NCBI GenBank assembly: GCA_965220355.1
Contig: OZ244820.1
Coordinates: 91,319-155,318 of the forward strand
Reading direction: 5' to 3'
DNA: 64,000 bases
Source: Dehalococcoidia bacterium
GTDB lineage: Bacteria > Chloroflexota > Dehalococcoidia > Lucifugimonadales > Lucifugimonadaceae
Positions 17,030-27,305 of the stretch are shown in pieces (within the stretch, counting starts at the first letter, position 1; every line of letters starts with the position of its first letter). A program made the translations under genes and the position numbers. The notes below the pieces were generated by a model, which was not told the origin of the DNA, searched no databases, and saw only the letters and a program-made list of their open reading frames with translations.

Positions 17030-20000
17030 CTACCGCCGCGGGGGTCCGCCGCTAACGCTGGTAAAGGTTCTAACCCCTCTGAAACCACCGAATTGGCTGG
17101 TGTCAGCACCGACGACGGTCATCAGTACCGTTTCTCCTTCGGTCACCCCACCCTCGACTACGGTCCAGAAGTCGTCAGATATCCCGAGGGAGACTTTCCG
17201 CGGTTCCAGGGTGCCGTCGGGATTCGAAATCAGGAGTATCGGTTCGTTCACGGAGCCGAATAACGCTTGTATCGGGACGAGCAGCTGATCGCTCTGCTCT
17301 CGGATTATGATCTCCGCCACTGCGCTCAATCCTTCGGGCAGTTGAGTATCGCTTGGCTGGTCGGTCTGGATGGTCACCGGGTACGTAACAACGCCTTGGT
17401 TGGACTCGCCGAACGCGGCAATGTCACTGATGCGGCCAACCAGCTTTTCATCTCCGAGGGCTTCAAGCTCGATCGTTGCGGTGTCACCGACTTGGAGGAA
17501 CAGTACGTCGACCTCGTCGACCGTTCCCGATACCTCGACAATAGACGCGTCTGCGATCTCGACCATCACCGCCCCTTCGCTGGCGACTTCTCCCTCTTCA
17601 GCCATGACGGTCGAGATCAACCCGTCGAACGGCGCCACAATCTGGGCTTGTTCGATCGCCGCTCGAGCCGATTCAAGGTTCTCTCTTGCTGTGGCCACCT
17701 CAGCGCGCCGGAGGGCAACGGTGGCGGGATCAGGATTAACCAGATTATCCAACTCCTCTTGGGACGCTATGAGATCTATCCGGGCGACTTCGATCTTCTG
17801 CCTTGCGATTTGGAATTCCAGTTCATCTCGGTTAGTGAGTCGGTCAAGTTTCTCGATCTTGTCTTGGAGATCCGATCGTGCCACTTCAATTTCCTGTTTC
17901 AGAACTTCAACCTCGTTTCGATCGGGATTGAGCAGCGTTTCCAAAGTCTCGATCTTGTCAGCTAGTTCGGCCTCGGCGCCGCGCGCCTCTAGATCGGCGA
18001 CCTTGATCCCCTCATCGTCTTGCTCATTGGCTTCTTTGAAGGATTCGTGAGCGTCGTTCACAGCTTCATCTGCTTTTTTGATCCGAGATTCCGCGAGCGC
18101 TAGGTCGACGCCGGAGGGTCCAGCGTGAAGGTCTTCAAGTTTTTCCAATGCGTTTTCGAGTTCGTCTTCCGCTACCGTCACTTCGTTCTCGGCGACGTTG
18201 AGCGCTTGTTTAGCCGTGAAGAGATCGGCCTGTCGGTTCCTCGCGCGGTCGTCGAACCCCGTCAATAGTTCGGCTAGACGTTCTTGCGCGTCGATGTGCT
18301 TCAAGTTTGCGACGTCGACTTTGGCTTTCAGGTCTTGAATGACTGCTTCGTCGGTAGGTTCAAGTAATTCATCGAGTTGATCGTTGAGGTCATCTACCAA
18401 CTTCTTCGCCGCATCGAGCGCATCTTCGGCCTTGTCGAACTTCTGTGAGTTGGCGAGGGTGAATGTCCGGTACGCTTCTGATTTGATCACGAGCTCGTCC
18501 CAAGCGTTCTCAAACTCGATATTCACGCACTCGTCCGATATGCCGGTGCCGAGTTCAGAGCAGTCGAACCGTAACGTGCTCAGGAAAAACCTGTTCCATG
18601 TGGCGACAACCGCTTCATTCCAAGGCGTATCGGGGTCGTCCTCGACCCATCCGGATGAAGCGGCGTCATCTTCCCAGATGCTCCTAGTTCCGCGGGGTGC
18701 CATGATCTCGGTCAACGTCTTGCCGATGTGGGCGAAGATCTCGTCTGGCGAGGCTTTCCACTCATACATCGAGATATCCATGCCGAGCCATTTCAGGAAC
18801 ACCTCTTGATACGCGTCTCGCGCGTCTTTCAGAGGCTCTTCCAAGTCTCGCAACTCTGAATCGGTCTCAATCACCAGCTGTGTAAGCTGATCTTCGGCCA
18901 CTGGAATGTCGTTTTCAGCTTCGGTGATCTTTTCGCGCAGTTCCGTCACTTCCTCTTTGTCGTAAGGCTCTTCAGCTTCCGCCAACGCGTCCTCGGAGGT
19001 GACAAGATCGAGTTTTGCGGCGGCGACTTCGGCTTCCGCTTGCGCCACCTCTAAGTTGAAACTCAACTCATCATTAAGCGCGTTCTGCGCGTCTTTCAAT
19101 GTCTTCTCAGCTTCGAAGTCCGCGTTTTCGGCTTCCAGCAGAGCGAGTCGCGCTTTCTCAACATCAAGCTCCGCCTTGTTGATCGCTGGCACGTCAACTT
19201 TGACGAGATCGTCGTACGCCTCGATAGCGTCTTCGCTCTCTTTGATCGCCTCGTTCAACGCGTGTTCTGCGTTCGCGATTTCTGAGTTGTCTAAAACTTG
19301 GAGGTCTGCCCATTTCTGTCTGGCATCGTCTACTGCTTGAAGTGCTTCGGAAACCGCCAATTCGGCCTTCTCGACCTCGATCTGAGGTGGGGCTGTCAGG
19401 TCACCGAGCTTAGTTTCAGCGTCGGCTAGAGATTGTTCAGCCTTAGCGACGGCCAGCGCGGCGTTTTGGATATCGAGATCTGGTGGATCCAAAAGATCGT
19501 TGAGCTTCCCTTCGGCATTTGCCAGTTTCTGGGTTCCCTCGAGAATTTTGAGTGTCGCGTCGTCGATCTTTTTCTGGTCAGGGTTGATGAGATCGTCGAG
19601 AGCCTGTTCGGAGTCTTGCAGAGCAACGCTCGCGTCTTGAAGCTTTTGGTCCGCTGCAACGGCTGCATCGTTTTGTAACGACATCAGCACATCGCCTTCC
19701 GATACGAAGTCACCTACGCCGACATTGACCGATTCGACCGTCCCGCCCAATCCGAATGAAAGCCGCTCCCGATTGGCGTACTCCAAGGTCCCATTGACCG
19801 CAACGGAGTTGACTAAGTCGCCGCGCCGGATGGTGAGTAACTGGGTTTCGGCGTCCTCAGCGACACCGTACTCCGAAAGAACCGCGTCGATCGGCGACTC
19901 CCCTTCGAGTTGGTCTTGGACGTAGGGGTAGAGGTAGTAAGCACCGAAATACGTGCCGGCGGGCACTGCGACCAAGACGATCAGTGCGATCAACCACTGG

Positions 20001-20341
20001 CGAACAGTGATTTGTTTAAGAGGATTTCGGGTGGCGGTTGACGGTTCGCCGACGGACTCGGATGACATGGACTGAGAAGGGTCTGCGCCGCGATTCGGCG
20101 AGCTTACAGTTGATTCTAGGCTTGCGACTTCGCGGAAATTGTCAAGATCGTTACCCCGGTCACGATCAGAAACGCCCTCGAAGTCCGGCACTGAAGTTGA
20201 CGTTTGCCGATGCCCAGGCTGCGAACCGTCCGCGTTTACGCGTTCCCCGCGCCGTCGATTCCTCGAGCCGGCCATCAGGAAAAAACCGACGATCCCTGCC
20301 AACCAGCATTGCGGACAATATCTATGTCTCCTATCGCTCAT
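17030..20341 (-). CDS. HlyD/MacA-family periplasmic adaptor with a hugely extended coiled-coil hairpin
   Basis: There is a transmembrane helix (WLIALIVLVAVPAGTYFGAYYLY) and a lipoyl-like half (LSFGLGGTVESVNVGVGDFVSEGDVLMSL). The C-terminal beta-barrel contains IVAPFDGLISTV.... About 680 aa of Ala/Glu/Leu/Asp heptad sequence lies between them. The start codon is uncertain (alternatives at 20275 and later). Confidence 0.75.
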   Translation of the reverse strand: MSDRRHRYCPQCWLAGIVGFFLMAGSRNRRRGERVNADGSQPGHRQTSTSVPDFEGVSDRDRGNDLDNFREVASLESTVSSPNRGADPSQSMSSESVGEPSTATRNPLKQITVRQWLIALIVLVAVPAGTYFGAYYLYPYVQDQLEGESPIDAVLSEYGVAEDAETQLLTIRRGDLVNSVAVNGTLEYANRERLSFGLGGTVESVNVGVGDFVSEGDVLMSLQNDAAVAADQKLQDASVALQDSEQALDDLINPDQKKIDDATLKILEGTQKLANAEGKLNDLLDPPDLDIQNAALAVAKAEQSLADAETKLGDLTAPPQIEVEKAELAVSEALQAVDDARQKWADLQVLDNSEIANAEHALNEAIKESEDAIEAYDDLVKVDVPAINKAELDVEKARLALLEAENADFEAEKTLKDAQNALNDELSFNLEVAQAEAEVAAAKLDLVTSEDALAEAEEPYDKEEVTELREKITEAENDIPVAEDQLTQLVIETDSELRDLEEPLKDARDAYQEVFLKWLGMDISMYEWKASPDEIFAHIGKTLTEIMAPRGTRSIWEDDAASSGWVEDDPDTPWNEAVVATWNRFFLSTLRFDCSELGTGISDECVNIEFENAWDELVIKSEAYRTFTLANSQKFDKAEDALDAAKKLVDDLNDQLDELLEPTDEAVIQDLKAKVDVANLKHIDAQERLAELLTGFDDRARNRQADLFTAKQALNVAENEVTVAEDELENALEKLEDLHAGPSGVDLALAESRIKKADEAVNDAHESFKEANEQDDEGIKVADLEARGAEAELADKIETLETLLNPDRNEVEVLKQEIEVARSDLQDKIEKLDRLTNRDELEFQIARQKIEVARIDLIASQEELDNLVNPDPATVALRRAEVATARENLESARAAIEQAQIVAPFDGLISTVMAEEGEVASEGAVMVEIADASIVEVSGTVDEVDVLFLQVGDTATIELEALGDEKLVGRISDIAAFGESNQGVVTYPVTIQTDQPSDTQLPEGLSAVAEIIIREQSDQLLVPIQALFGSVNEPILLISNPDGTLEPRKVSLGISDDFWTVVEGGVTEGETVLMTVVGADTSQFGGFRGVRTFTSVSGGPPRR

Positions 20342-20414
20342 GGTCGAGTGTCTTCACGTCGCCTTTAGAGTAACCTTGTTGACGCGGCAACGATCAAGTT
20401 AGCGAGAGATTGCG

Positions 20415-21455
20415 ATGACTGAAGCGAGACTTGCAAGGGATTACGATATTCGATTTGGACACGGTCTATTGAAGGCCAAATCCGCCAAATGGGGGAGATA
20501 TGTTGTGATAACCACGCCATCGGCGTGGGAGGCAACGAAAGACGAACTGGATCACGAACCGGCTGGGATCGGCATCAACGTATGGTTGGACAGAACCCAC
20601 CTCATAGAGGTTTCGGATTCCTTGCCGGACGATATCGACCTTGTCGTCGGCATGGGTGCGGGACGTGCTCTCGACCACGCGAAGTTGGTAGCGGACCGGA
20701 AGGGTAAGCCATTGGTTCAAGTGCCTACGGTGGTCTCCACGGGTGCCATCATCCACGGTTTCGTGGCAGATTGGGACGGGCGTAAGATCATCGGACAACT
20801 CACGGTTGTCAACTGCGAATATGTACTGGTCGATTACGACGTGGTTTTGCGTGCGCCGGAGCGTCTGAACACCGCAGGCTTGGGCGACGTGCTGTGCGGT
20901 TACGCTGGCCTCTCCGAGTGGCGACGTGCCGCCGCATTGGGCAAGACAGGGCCCGTCGAAGACGCCAAAACTGAAAATGCCTTGGCGCTCTACGACCATA
21001 TCGTCACTGAGTTTCCGAAGACGTTAGATGAAAACGGCGAGCTCACGCCGGCGTCGGTCAAAGAGATAATGAACGCGGTGCAGGCGCGCGACGATGCGTT
21101 GGTGAAAGACGACCGAGCACCGGGCGCGGACCACGCGTTCTGTTTCGTAGTCGAGATTGCAGCCGACAAGTATTGGATACATGGCGAAATGTGCGCTTTA
21201 GGCGCCGTCATCATCGCCTGGCGCACTGAACAGAACCCGGAAACCTTGATCGGATGGTTGGACAAGTGCAAGGTGAGGTGGCGCCCGCGCGACGTCGAGA
21301 TCACGCGCGAGGAGCTAGGTGCCGGCATCGCGGTCTGGCCTCAATGGATGGGCGATGGCTCGGACGACAAGCCGGCTTCGCCGTCAATAGTCGTACAGGA
21401 ACCGATGACCGACGAGGAGATCGACGCCTGCTGGGAATGGCTCAACTCGAACTGA
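20415..21455 (+). CDS. iron-containing alcohol dehydrogenase / glycerol(-1-phosphate) dehydrogenase-like family protein
   Basis: VVGMGAGRALDHAKLVA and VPTVVSTGAIIHG are typical of this dehydroquinate-synthase-like fold. The substrate is unknown. Confidence 0.6.
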   Translation: MTEARLARDYDIRFGHGLLKAKSAKWGRYVVITTPSAWEATKDELDHEPAGIGINVWLDRTHLIEVSDSLPDDIDLVVGMGAGRALDHAKLVADRKGKPLVQVPTVVSTGAIIHGFVADWDGRKIIGQLTVVNCEYVLVDYDVVLRAPERLNTAGLGDVLCGYAGLSEWRRAAALGKTGPVEDAKTENALALYDHIVTEFPKTLDENGELTPASVKEIMNAVQARDDALVKDDRAPGADHAFCFVVEIAADKYWIHGEMCALGAVIIAWRTEQNPETLIGWLDKCKVRWRPRDVEITREELGAGIAVWPQWMGDGSDDKPASPSIVVQEPMTDEEIDACWEWLNSN

Positions 21456-21520
21456 TGGCGACTTAGCCTCGGTCCCGGGTCCGTAGAGAATCGAACCGTG
21501 GATCGCGAGGAGGTCTAACC

Positions 21521-22228
21521 ATGTGGGCAATGACAATTGCCGGCGGTCGTGGCGAACGACTTCAACCTTTGACCGACCGCATCTGCAAACCGATGGTTCC
21601 GGTTAACGGCGCGCCTTTGCTCCAACATCAGGCGCATTGGCTCTGCGCCAACGGCGTCACCGACATTGTTTTCCTGACCGGATACATGGCTGAACAGGTC
21701 GAAGATCATTTCGGCGACGGTTCGGGGTTCGGGTTCCGAGCGCACTACTCTCCTGAAGCGCAACCGCTTGGCCGGGGTGGTGCTGTTAAACAAGGCTTCC
21801 AGCTGGTGCCTCAAGACGTTTCGGACATCTTGGTGGTCAACGGCGATGTGTTGACCAATCAGTCGCTCGCGCCGTTGGTTGAGTTGAGGCGCAACAACGA
21901 TGCGGCGGCGGCGATCACGTTGATACCTTATGTCAGCGCGTTCGGCGTGGTTCTGGTTTCCGAAGATGACGTGGTTACCAGCTTCGCCGAAAAGACCGAG
22001 TTGCCATTCTGGATCAACGGCGGTATCTACGTGTTTGAACGCGGCATCGAGAGCGAGTTCCCCGACGTCGGCGACCACGAAATTACCACATTCCCGCAGA
22101 TGGTCAGCGAGGGGCACGTGCGCGCCTTGCGTTCGACCGCGAGTTGGATTTCGGTGGACAGCCACAAAGATTTGCGCGAAGCCGAAGAGATGATGTCTCA
22201 AGGCTTTTTGCCAAGATCCGGAGTTTGA
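21521..22228 (+). CDS. sugar-phosphate nucleotidyltransferase
   Basis: The N-terminal motif is TIAGGRGERLQPLT...KPMVPV. Confidence 0.8.
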   Translation: MWAMTIAGGRGERLQPLTDRICKPMVPVNGAPLLQHQAHWLCANGVTDIVFLTGYMAEQVEDHFGDGSGFGFRAHYSPEAQPLGRGGAVKQGFQLVPQDVSDILVVNGDVLTNQSLAPLVELRRNNDAAAAITLIPYVSAFGVVLVSEDDVVTSFAEKTELPFWINGGIYVFERGIESEFPDVGDHEITTFPQMVSEGHVRALRSTASWISVDSHKDLREAEEMMSQGFLPRSGV

Positions 22229-22248
22229 GTGGCGAACTCGTCCGGCAA

Positions 22249-22716
22249 TCAACTAAACATTCTCAACAAATCGTGACGGGCGATCATTCCGACCGGTTTA
22301 CCGCGTTCCACAACCGGCACGTGGTTTTCGCCTGTCTTCGCCATGATGTCGATCACGTTGTCGATCGTCGTATCGACATGTACGATCGGGGGATCCGATT
22401 CCATCACTTCGTGGACGCGCTTTGAACGGGCTTGGTCGATGGCGTCGTAATACTCCGTCGAATGTTCGCTGCCAACGTTTGTTCCCATCAGACGCGTCAC
22501 AGTGCCGCGCATGAACGGGAAGAAATCCTCCTGCGGCATGAACATCCGTTCGGTCACCAAGCCGCAGATATTACCCTCGCCGTCCACGACAACCACCGAT
22601 CCAATGTTGTGGTCGATCATCATGGTTGCGACGCTAGCGACCACGTCATCGCGATGCACCGTCACGACAGGGCTTTGCATAAACCGCTGAGCGGTGTAGT
22701 CAATATCGTCGCTCAT
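22249..22716 (-). CDS. CBS domain pair protein
   Basis: The 155-aa product contains two CBS-like repeats. Confidence 0.8.
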   Translation of the reverse strand: MSDDIDYTAQRFMQSPVVTVHRDDVVASVATMMIDHNIGSVVVVDGEGNICGLVTERMFMPQEDFFPFMRGTVTRLMGTNVGSEHSTEYYDAIDQARSKRVHEVMESDPPIVHVDTTIDNVIDIMAKTGENHVPVVERGKPVGMIARHDLLRMFS

Positions 22717-22819
22717 TCGTGAATTGCCGTACGCATAATCCGAACACTCCGCGGCGTTTCCAGTGACGCACTCAAGTCGGCTACGCTAACTTGCCGACGA
22801 AACAACCGCGCTACCAAGC

Positions 22820-23509
22820 TTAAACCGCGACGCGGTCACGCGATTTCTTGACGTGTCTAGAAACTTCCAGCGTGGCGATGTTGATGTTGTTGTCGGAAGT
22901 GTTGATGACGAAGTCATAAAGATCTGGGTCTTCGGGATCCGCGCGGTGCATCTCGTAGAAGAATTCCCTTTGCGCCTTTTCCCGTTGAGAAATGATGTGT
23001 TCCGCCTGAGAGACGTCAGTCAACCCCTCACGACTCATAACTCGGGTAACACGATCGTCCCAATTCGCAAAGATCCCGACCCTAGAAACTTCTTCGTTCG
23101 CTGCTAACTCGACAGCCCCTGCCCTGTGCACGATGACTGCGTTGCCGTCTTTAGCCAATTGCGTGAGATCGTAAGCGTTGTCAAGCGTGGTGTTTGCTGA
23201 CGGACCGTTGGCGTCCCAAGTTAGTGGCATATGGATGTCAGCCGCACCCTGCAACAGCGGGTCGTCACCAGCCGCGCCGATAGCAAAATAGGAGGCTGCG
23301 CGCTCGATCCACGCCCAGAGCCGATCGGAGAACTCGGCTCTCTGAAAATCGGTGATTTCGTCAGCGCTAAGATCGGAAGTGCGACCATAAATCGCCGGAA
23401 GACGCACACGGTCGAAGTATCGCCAGCCGAACATCAGAGCGATCTTCTTACCGACATCAAAGGCTCCAGAGCCGATATGCCCATCGATCGTGACTAGCGT
23501 CTTTTGCAT
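22820..23509 (-). CDS. cytidylate kinase-like family protein
   Basis: The start MQKTLVTIDGHIGSGAFDVGKKIA contains a P-loop-like segment. The internal ATG at 23509 is preferred to the ORF-track start. Confidence 0.55.
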   Translation of the reverse strand: MQKTLVTIDGHIGSGAFDVGKKIALMFGWRYFDRVRLPAIYGRTSDLSADEITDFQRAEFSDRLWAWIERAASYFAIGAAGDDPLLQGAADIHMPLTWDANGPSANTTLDNAYDLTQLAKDGNAVIVHRAGAVELAANEEVSRVGIFANWDDRVTRVMSREGLTDVSQAEHIISQREKAQREFFYEMHRADPEDPDLYDFVINTSDNNINIATLEVSRHVKKSRDRVAV

Positions 23510-23620
23510 TGGTCTTTGCAACGAAATCTGCGCTTCGAATGTCGCACAAATTACCGTCTGCGCGTGCGCAAATCTTATACGCGTTCCACGCATCGCGCAA
23601 GAATTCGCCAATTCTGGCGA

Positions 23621-24361
23621 TTAATCCAATGCGCTCAGACCACCGTCAACGACCAAAGAAGCGCCATTGACGTAGTCGTTTTCGATAATGCTGATCACGG
23701 CCTGAGAGACTTCTTCCAATGTGCCTATGCGACGTGCTGGACCGAGCGTGCGAGCCGACATCTCGTGTGAGCCAGCCGAATCGGCGTCGTCCAGAGGCAG
23801 AATCGGGCCCAAACGCAATTCGTTCACCTGTATGTTCGGAGCAAGGCTCGCAGCCAACGATCTTGTCAGACCGCTCAGAGCTTGATTCGAAACGCCGTAA
23901 ACAAACCTGGATTTGTACACACTGCGTCGATCGTTGATGTTGAGGATCTTGCCGATTTCGTCTTGATCCAGATCTTTCGCCATCAATTGGGCCAAGATCA
24001 TCGGCGCACGCACGTTGACCGCCATCGTGCGGTCGAAATCGGCAACCGAAGTTTCGTTTAGGGTTGTGCGCCCGAAAGTTGAGGCGTTGTTGATGACGAT
24101 GTTCGGAGGCTCACCTAGGCCGTCGATGACCGCGCGCCACATGTTGACGCACTCGTCGGCACTTGCGAGATCAGCCTGGAATGCTTCGCTATCGACGCCA
24201 AAACCCAGTGCGCGGTCGCGGGTTTCGATTGCCTCGATCGGGTTGCTGTAGTAGTGAACCGCGACGTTGCACCCGTTCTTCGCGAGCGCGAGTGCCAATG
24301 CGCACCCGATACGCCTCGATGCGCCCGTCACCAGCGCAGTCGATCCTTTGATCTTCATCAC
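23621..24361 (-). CDS. SDR family oxidoreductase
   Basis: The N-terminus contains ALVTGASRRIGCALALALA. The product is 246 aa. Confidence 0.85.
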   Translation of the reverse strand: MMKIKGSTALVTGASRRIGCALALALAKNGCNVAVHYYSNPIEAIETRDRALGFGVDSEAFQADLASADECVNMWRAVIDGLGEPPNIVINNASTFGRTTLNETSVADFDRTMAVNVRAPMILAQLMAKDLDQDEIGKILNINDRRSVYKSRFVYGVSNQALSGLTRSLAASLAPNIQVNELRLGPILPLDDADSAGSHEMSARTLGPARRIGTLEEVSQAVISIIENDYVNGASLVVDGGLSALD

Positions 24362-24519
24362 GATTCCTCCCTTGTAAGAGAAGTTTGCACAACACCGTCA
24401 TTCCGGCGAAAACCGGAACCCACGTAGGTGGTGCAAGCGGGGACTCGCCACTGACTCGCCGTACTCGCCTTCATGTTAGCCTTCGAGCAATCAGAGTTGA
24501 TTCAATCAAGGGACCTAAG

Positions 24520-25137
24520 ATGATCTACGAATTCAGGACGTATGACCTCAAGACGAGAGCTGTGCCCGTGTTCGAGGAGAGGACGGCGGCGAAGATCAAA
24601 GAGGGTCGCCAAAACTACTCGCAACTTTTCGGATTCTGGTTCACCGAAGTAGGGCCGATAAACCAGGTAATCCATGTCTGGCCCTATGATGACTTAGAGC
24701 AACGCAGGAAGGTTCGTGCACAGGTCGCTGAGGATGGAGTGTGGCCGCCGGACAACGCCGAGTTCATAAACAAAATGCGCTCCGAGATATTCCTTCCTGC
24801 ACCGTTCATGAAAAATCGTGGCGAAGCCAAGCTGGGGCCGGTATATGAAATGCGCATCTACACCTATGCGCCCCCGGATATACCGAAAGTGATCGAAATC
24901 TGGGGCAACCATATCGAGGAACGAGAAAAATACTCGCCGCTGGTAGGCGCGTGGTACTCCGAACTCGGAGCACTCAACACGTGGATCCACATGTGGGCAT
25001 ACGAGAGCTACGACCAACGCGCCGCCATCCGCGCTGAAACTCGCGAAAAAGGCGTATGGCCTCCTCCGGGCGGCATCGCTCCGCTCACGCAGAAAAACAA
25101 GCTCTTGCTCCCGATGAGCTTCTCTCCCTTGCAGTAG
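24520..25137 (+). CDS. NIPSNAP family protein (two NIPSNAP repeats)
   Basis: MIYEFRTYDLK... and a second repeat VYEMRIYTY... are present. ATG at 24520 is preferred. The 5' extension of the ORF covers a palindromic repeat. Confidence 0.75.
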   Translation: MIYEFRTYDLKTRAVPVFEERTAAKIKEGRQNYSQLFGFWFTEVGPINQVIHVWPYDDLEQRRKVRAQVAEDGVWPPDNAEFINKMRSEIFLPAPFMKNRGEAKLGPVYEMRIYTYAPPDIPKVIEIWGNHIEEREKYSPLVGAWYSELGALNTWIHMWAYESYDQRAAIRAETREKGVWPPPGGIAPLTQKNKLLLPMSFSPLQ

Positions 25138-25286
25138 AGCGCTCGACGGCAAACATTCGGAATCATCGAATCACGTCTGCAACGCGAACGACCATCCGGG
25201 GTGCGACGGGTGGTTAGATGCCCGCTTGTTGAACTCGCCCCGCGTGCGCGAGAGTGACGAACAACGTTAGTAGCCGCGCCACGCGT

Positions 25287-25985
25287 TTACATGGACGTGT
25301 TGCGGAGGTGTCCCATGAATTCGTCGCGTGTGGCGGCGTTGTTGCGCAGTGACCCCATCATCGCGCTGGTAACCATGCGAGGATCTTGTTTACGCACACC
25401 GCGCATGACAGTGCACATGTGCGTGCCTTCCACAACTACGCCAACTCCTTGAGGATCGATCAGCGTGTCGAGGAAGCTTGCGATCTCCTGCGTCATTCGC
25501 TCCTGGACCTGCAAACGACGCGCAAACATGTCCACGATGCGCGGAATCTTCGAGAGCCCGATCACCTTCTTGTCAGGCAGATAACCAACGTGCGCATACC
25601 CGTAGAAGGGGAGCAGGTGGTGCTCGCAGAGGCTGTAATACTCGATGGACTTTACGACTACAAGTTGGTCGTACTCGACATCGAAGAGGGCGCCGTTCAA
25701 AAGCTGCTCAGGGTCGATCGAGTAGCCGCCAAGGAGTTCGTCAAACATCTCGGCGACCCGTAGCGGAGTGCGCTCCGTGCCCTGCTCGTCAAGGTTTTCG
25801 GGACCGATCGCCGCGAGTATCTGATCCACGCTGTCGGCAATCCGAGCTTTTGTCGCGGGGTCGAGCGTCCGGCCAGCGCCGAACATCGCAGGATCGTAGC
25901 CGTTCAAGTCGCTAAATGCCGGATTGTTAGAAGTTCGTCGCTCGGTGACCATGTCGTTGTTTTCGCCCGTAGAGTTGGTCGGCAC
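25287..25985 (-). CDS. folE: GTP cyclohydrolase I
   Basis: CEHHLLPFYGYAHVGYLP and the VVVEGTHMC motifs are present. The start may be the internal MVTERR. Confidence 0.9.
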   Translation of the reverse strand: MPTNSTGENNDMVTERRTSNNPAFSDLNGYDPAMFGAGRTLDPATKARIADSVDQILAAIGPENLDEQGTERTPLRVAEMFDELLGGYSIDPEQLLNGALFDVEYDQLVVVKSIEYYSLCEHHLLPFYGYAHVGYLPDKKVIGLSKIPRIVDMFARRLQVQERMTQEIASFLDTLIDPQGVGVVVEGTHMCTVMRGVRKQDPRMVTSAMMGSLRNNAATRDEFMGHLRNTSM

Positions 25986-26114
25986 AGGTAGGTGCGAACT
26001 CTTATACGCCCTATTATCGCCGATGGTTCAACTGCGACAGAATGTCGCCTGAGTTAACCTACCATCTAGCCTGTTGACAACCGCTTGTTTAACCCAAAAT
26101 CGAGGAGTTGCGCC

Positions 26115-27305
26115 GTGAAGATTACCGATATTGAGACGTTCGTAGTCGATGCTGGTTGGCGTCCGTGGCAGTTCTGCGCCGTGCGGACCGATGAGGGCAT
26201 AACCGGTTACGGTGAGATGTCGGATGGCCGAAATCCTTATGGCGTCATCGGCACGGTATCCGATTACGAGCCGATTCTGCTGGGTCAAGACCCGTTGGCG
26301 GTCGAGGCGCGCTACTGGGACATGTATCGCATGTCTCGGCAAGCACCCGGGGGCATCGCGGCGAGGGCCATCGCGGGCGTCGAGTTGGCGTTGTGGGACA
26401 TCAAGGGGAAGGCGCTTGGCGTGCCGGTTCATAGCTTGTTCGGCGGGCCGACGCGGCAGCAACAGCAGGTCTATTGGTCGCACTGTGGGTCCTCCCGATC
26501 ACGCAACCACGAGATCATCGGAACACCGCCGATGGACTCTTTCGACGCCGTCACCGAACTGGGACAAGAAGTGAAGGAGCGAGGCTTCAAGGCGCTCAAG
26601 ACGAACATCATCTTTTTCGACGGCGACAACCACGGATACGGATACGGTTTCGGCACCGACGCGCCAGACCAGACGATCAAACCGGGCCTGCTCGGTCACG
26701 TCGAAAAATACATCGGCACCTTCAAAGAGGCCGTCGGCCCTGACGTCGAGATCGCGCTGGACCTTAACTTCAACGTCAAACCCCAAGCCGCCAAGCAGAT
26801 CTGCGCCGTATTGGAGCAATTCAACATGATGTGGATCGAGATCGACATGTACGAGGTCGACGGACTCAAAGAGGTCAAGGACAGCACGAGCTGCCCGATT
26901 ACGTCAGGTGAGAACCTTTTCACGATCCGCGACTACCGTCCGTACTTCGCCGCACGGGCGATGGACATCGCAATGATAGACGTTCCGTGGCAGGGTTTCG
27001 CACGCGGTCGCGACGTGGGGATGTTGGCGGAATCGCACGAGATCAACGTGGCACCGCACAACTACTACTCGCATTTGGCGACGATGCAGGGGATCAACCT
27101 GTGCGCTACGTTGCCGAACGTCCGCATCTGCGAGATCGACATCGACGACGTACCGTGGAAAGACGATCTGACCGGCGGCCCCCTAAACTTCCACGATGGC
27201 GGCGTTCTCGACGTCCCGACGAAACCGGGTTGGGGTGTGGAACTCGACGAGGATGTTGCCCGAGCGCATCGGTGGGAACGCGGTCGCGGGCCCGGATATC
27301 GATGA
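26115..27305 (+). CDS. enolase-superfamily dehydratase (mandelate racemase/muconate lactonizing family, galactonate-dehydratase-like)
   Basis: The product begins VKITDIETFVV and contains VELALWDIKGKALGVPVHSLFGG. A GTG start at 26115 is likely. Confidence 0.85.
   Translation: MKITDIETFVVDAGWRPWQFCAVRTDEGITGYGEMSDGRNPYGVIGTVSDYEPILLGQDPLAVEARYWDMYRMSRQAPGGIAARAIAGVELALWDIKGKALGVPVHSLFGGPTRQQQQVYWSHCGSSRSRNHEIIGTPPMDSFDAVTELGQEVKERGFKALKTNIIFFDGDNHGYGYGFGTDAPDQTIKPGLLGHVEKYIGTFKEAVGPDVEIALDLNFNVKPQAAKQICAVLEQFNMMWIEIDMYEVDGLKEVKDSTSCPITSGENLFTIRDYRPYFAARAMDIAMIDVPWQGFARGRDVGMLAESHEINVAPHNYYSHLATMQGINLCATLPNVRICEIDIDDVPWKDDLTGGPLNFHDGGVLDVPTKPGWGVELDEDVARAHRWERGRGPGYR

Noticed and set aside
17267-19340. 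Several 110-230-aa plus-strand ORFs inside the adaptor gene
   Set aside because: They are antisense to a coiled-coil gene. The biased codon composition suppresses stops on the opposite strand, and the products are low-complexity Ser/Leu/Arg strings.
21515-22252. 245-aa minus-strand ORF
   Set aside because: The plus-strand frame carries the clear nucleotidyltransferase motif (AGGRGERLQPLT). The minus-strand product has no recognisable features.
26987-27301. 5' extension of the NUDIX ORF (the 250-aa ORF-track version), and the 215-aa antisense ORF 27106..27753
   Set aside because: The extension overlaps the 3' end of the enolase-family gene out of frame and is Arg-rich. ATG 27302 gives a normal-sized Nudix protein with an ATGA coupling overlap.
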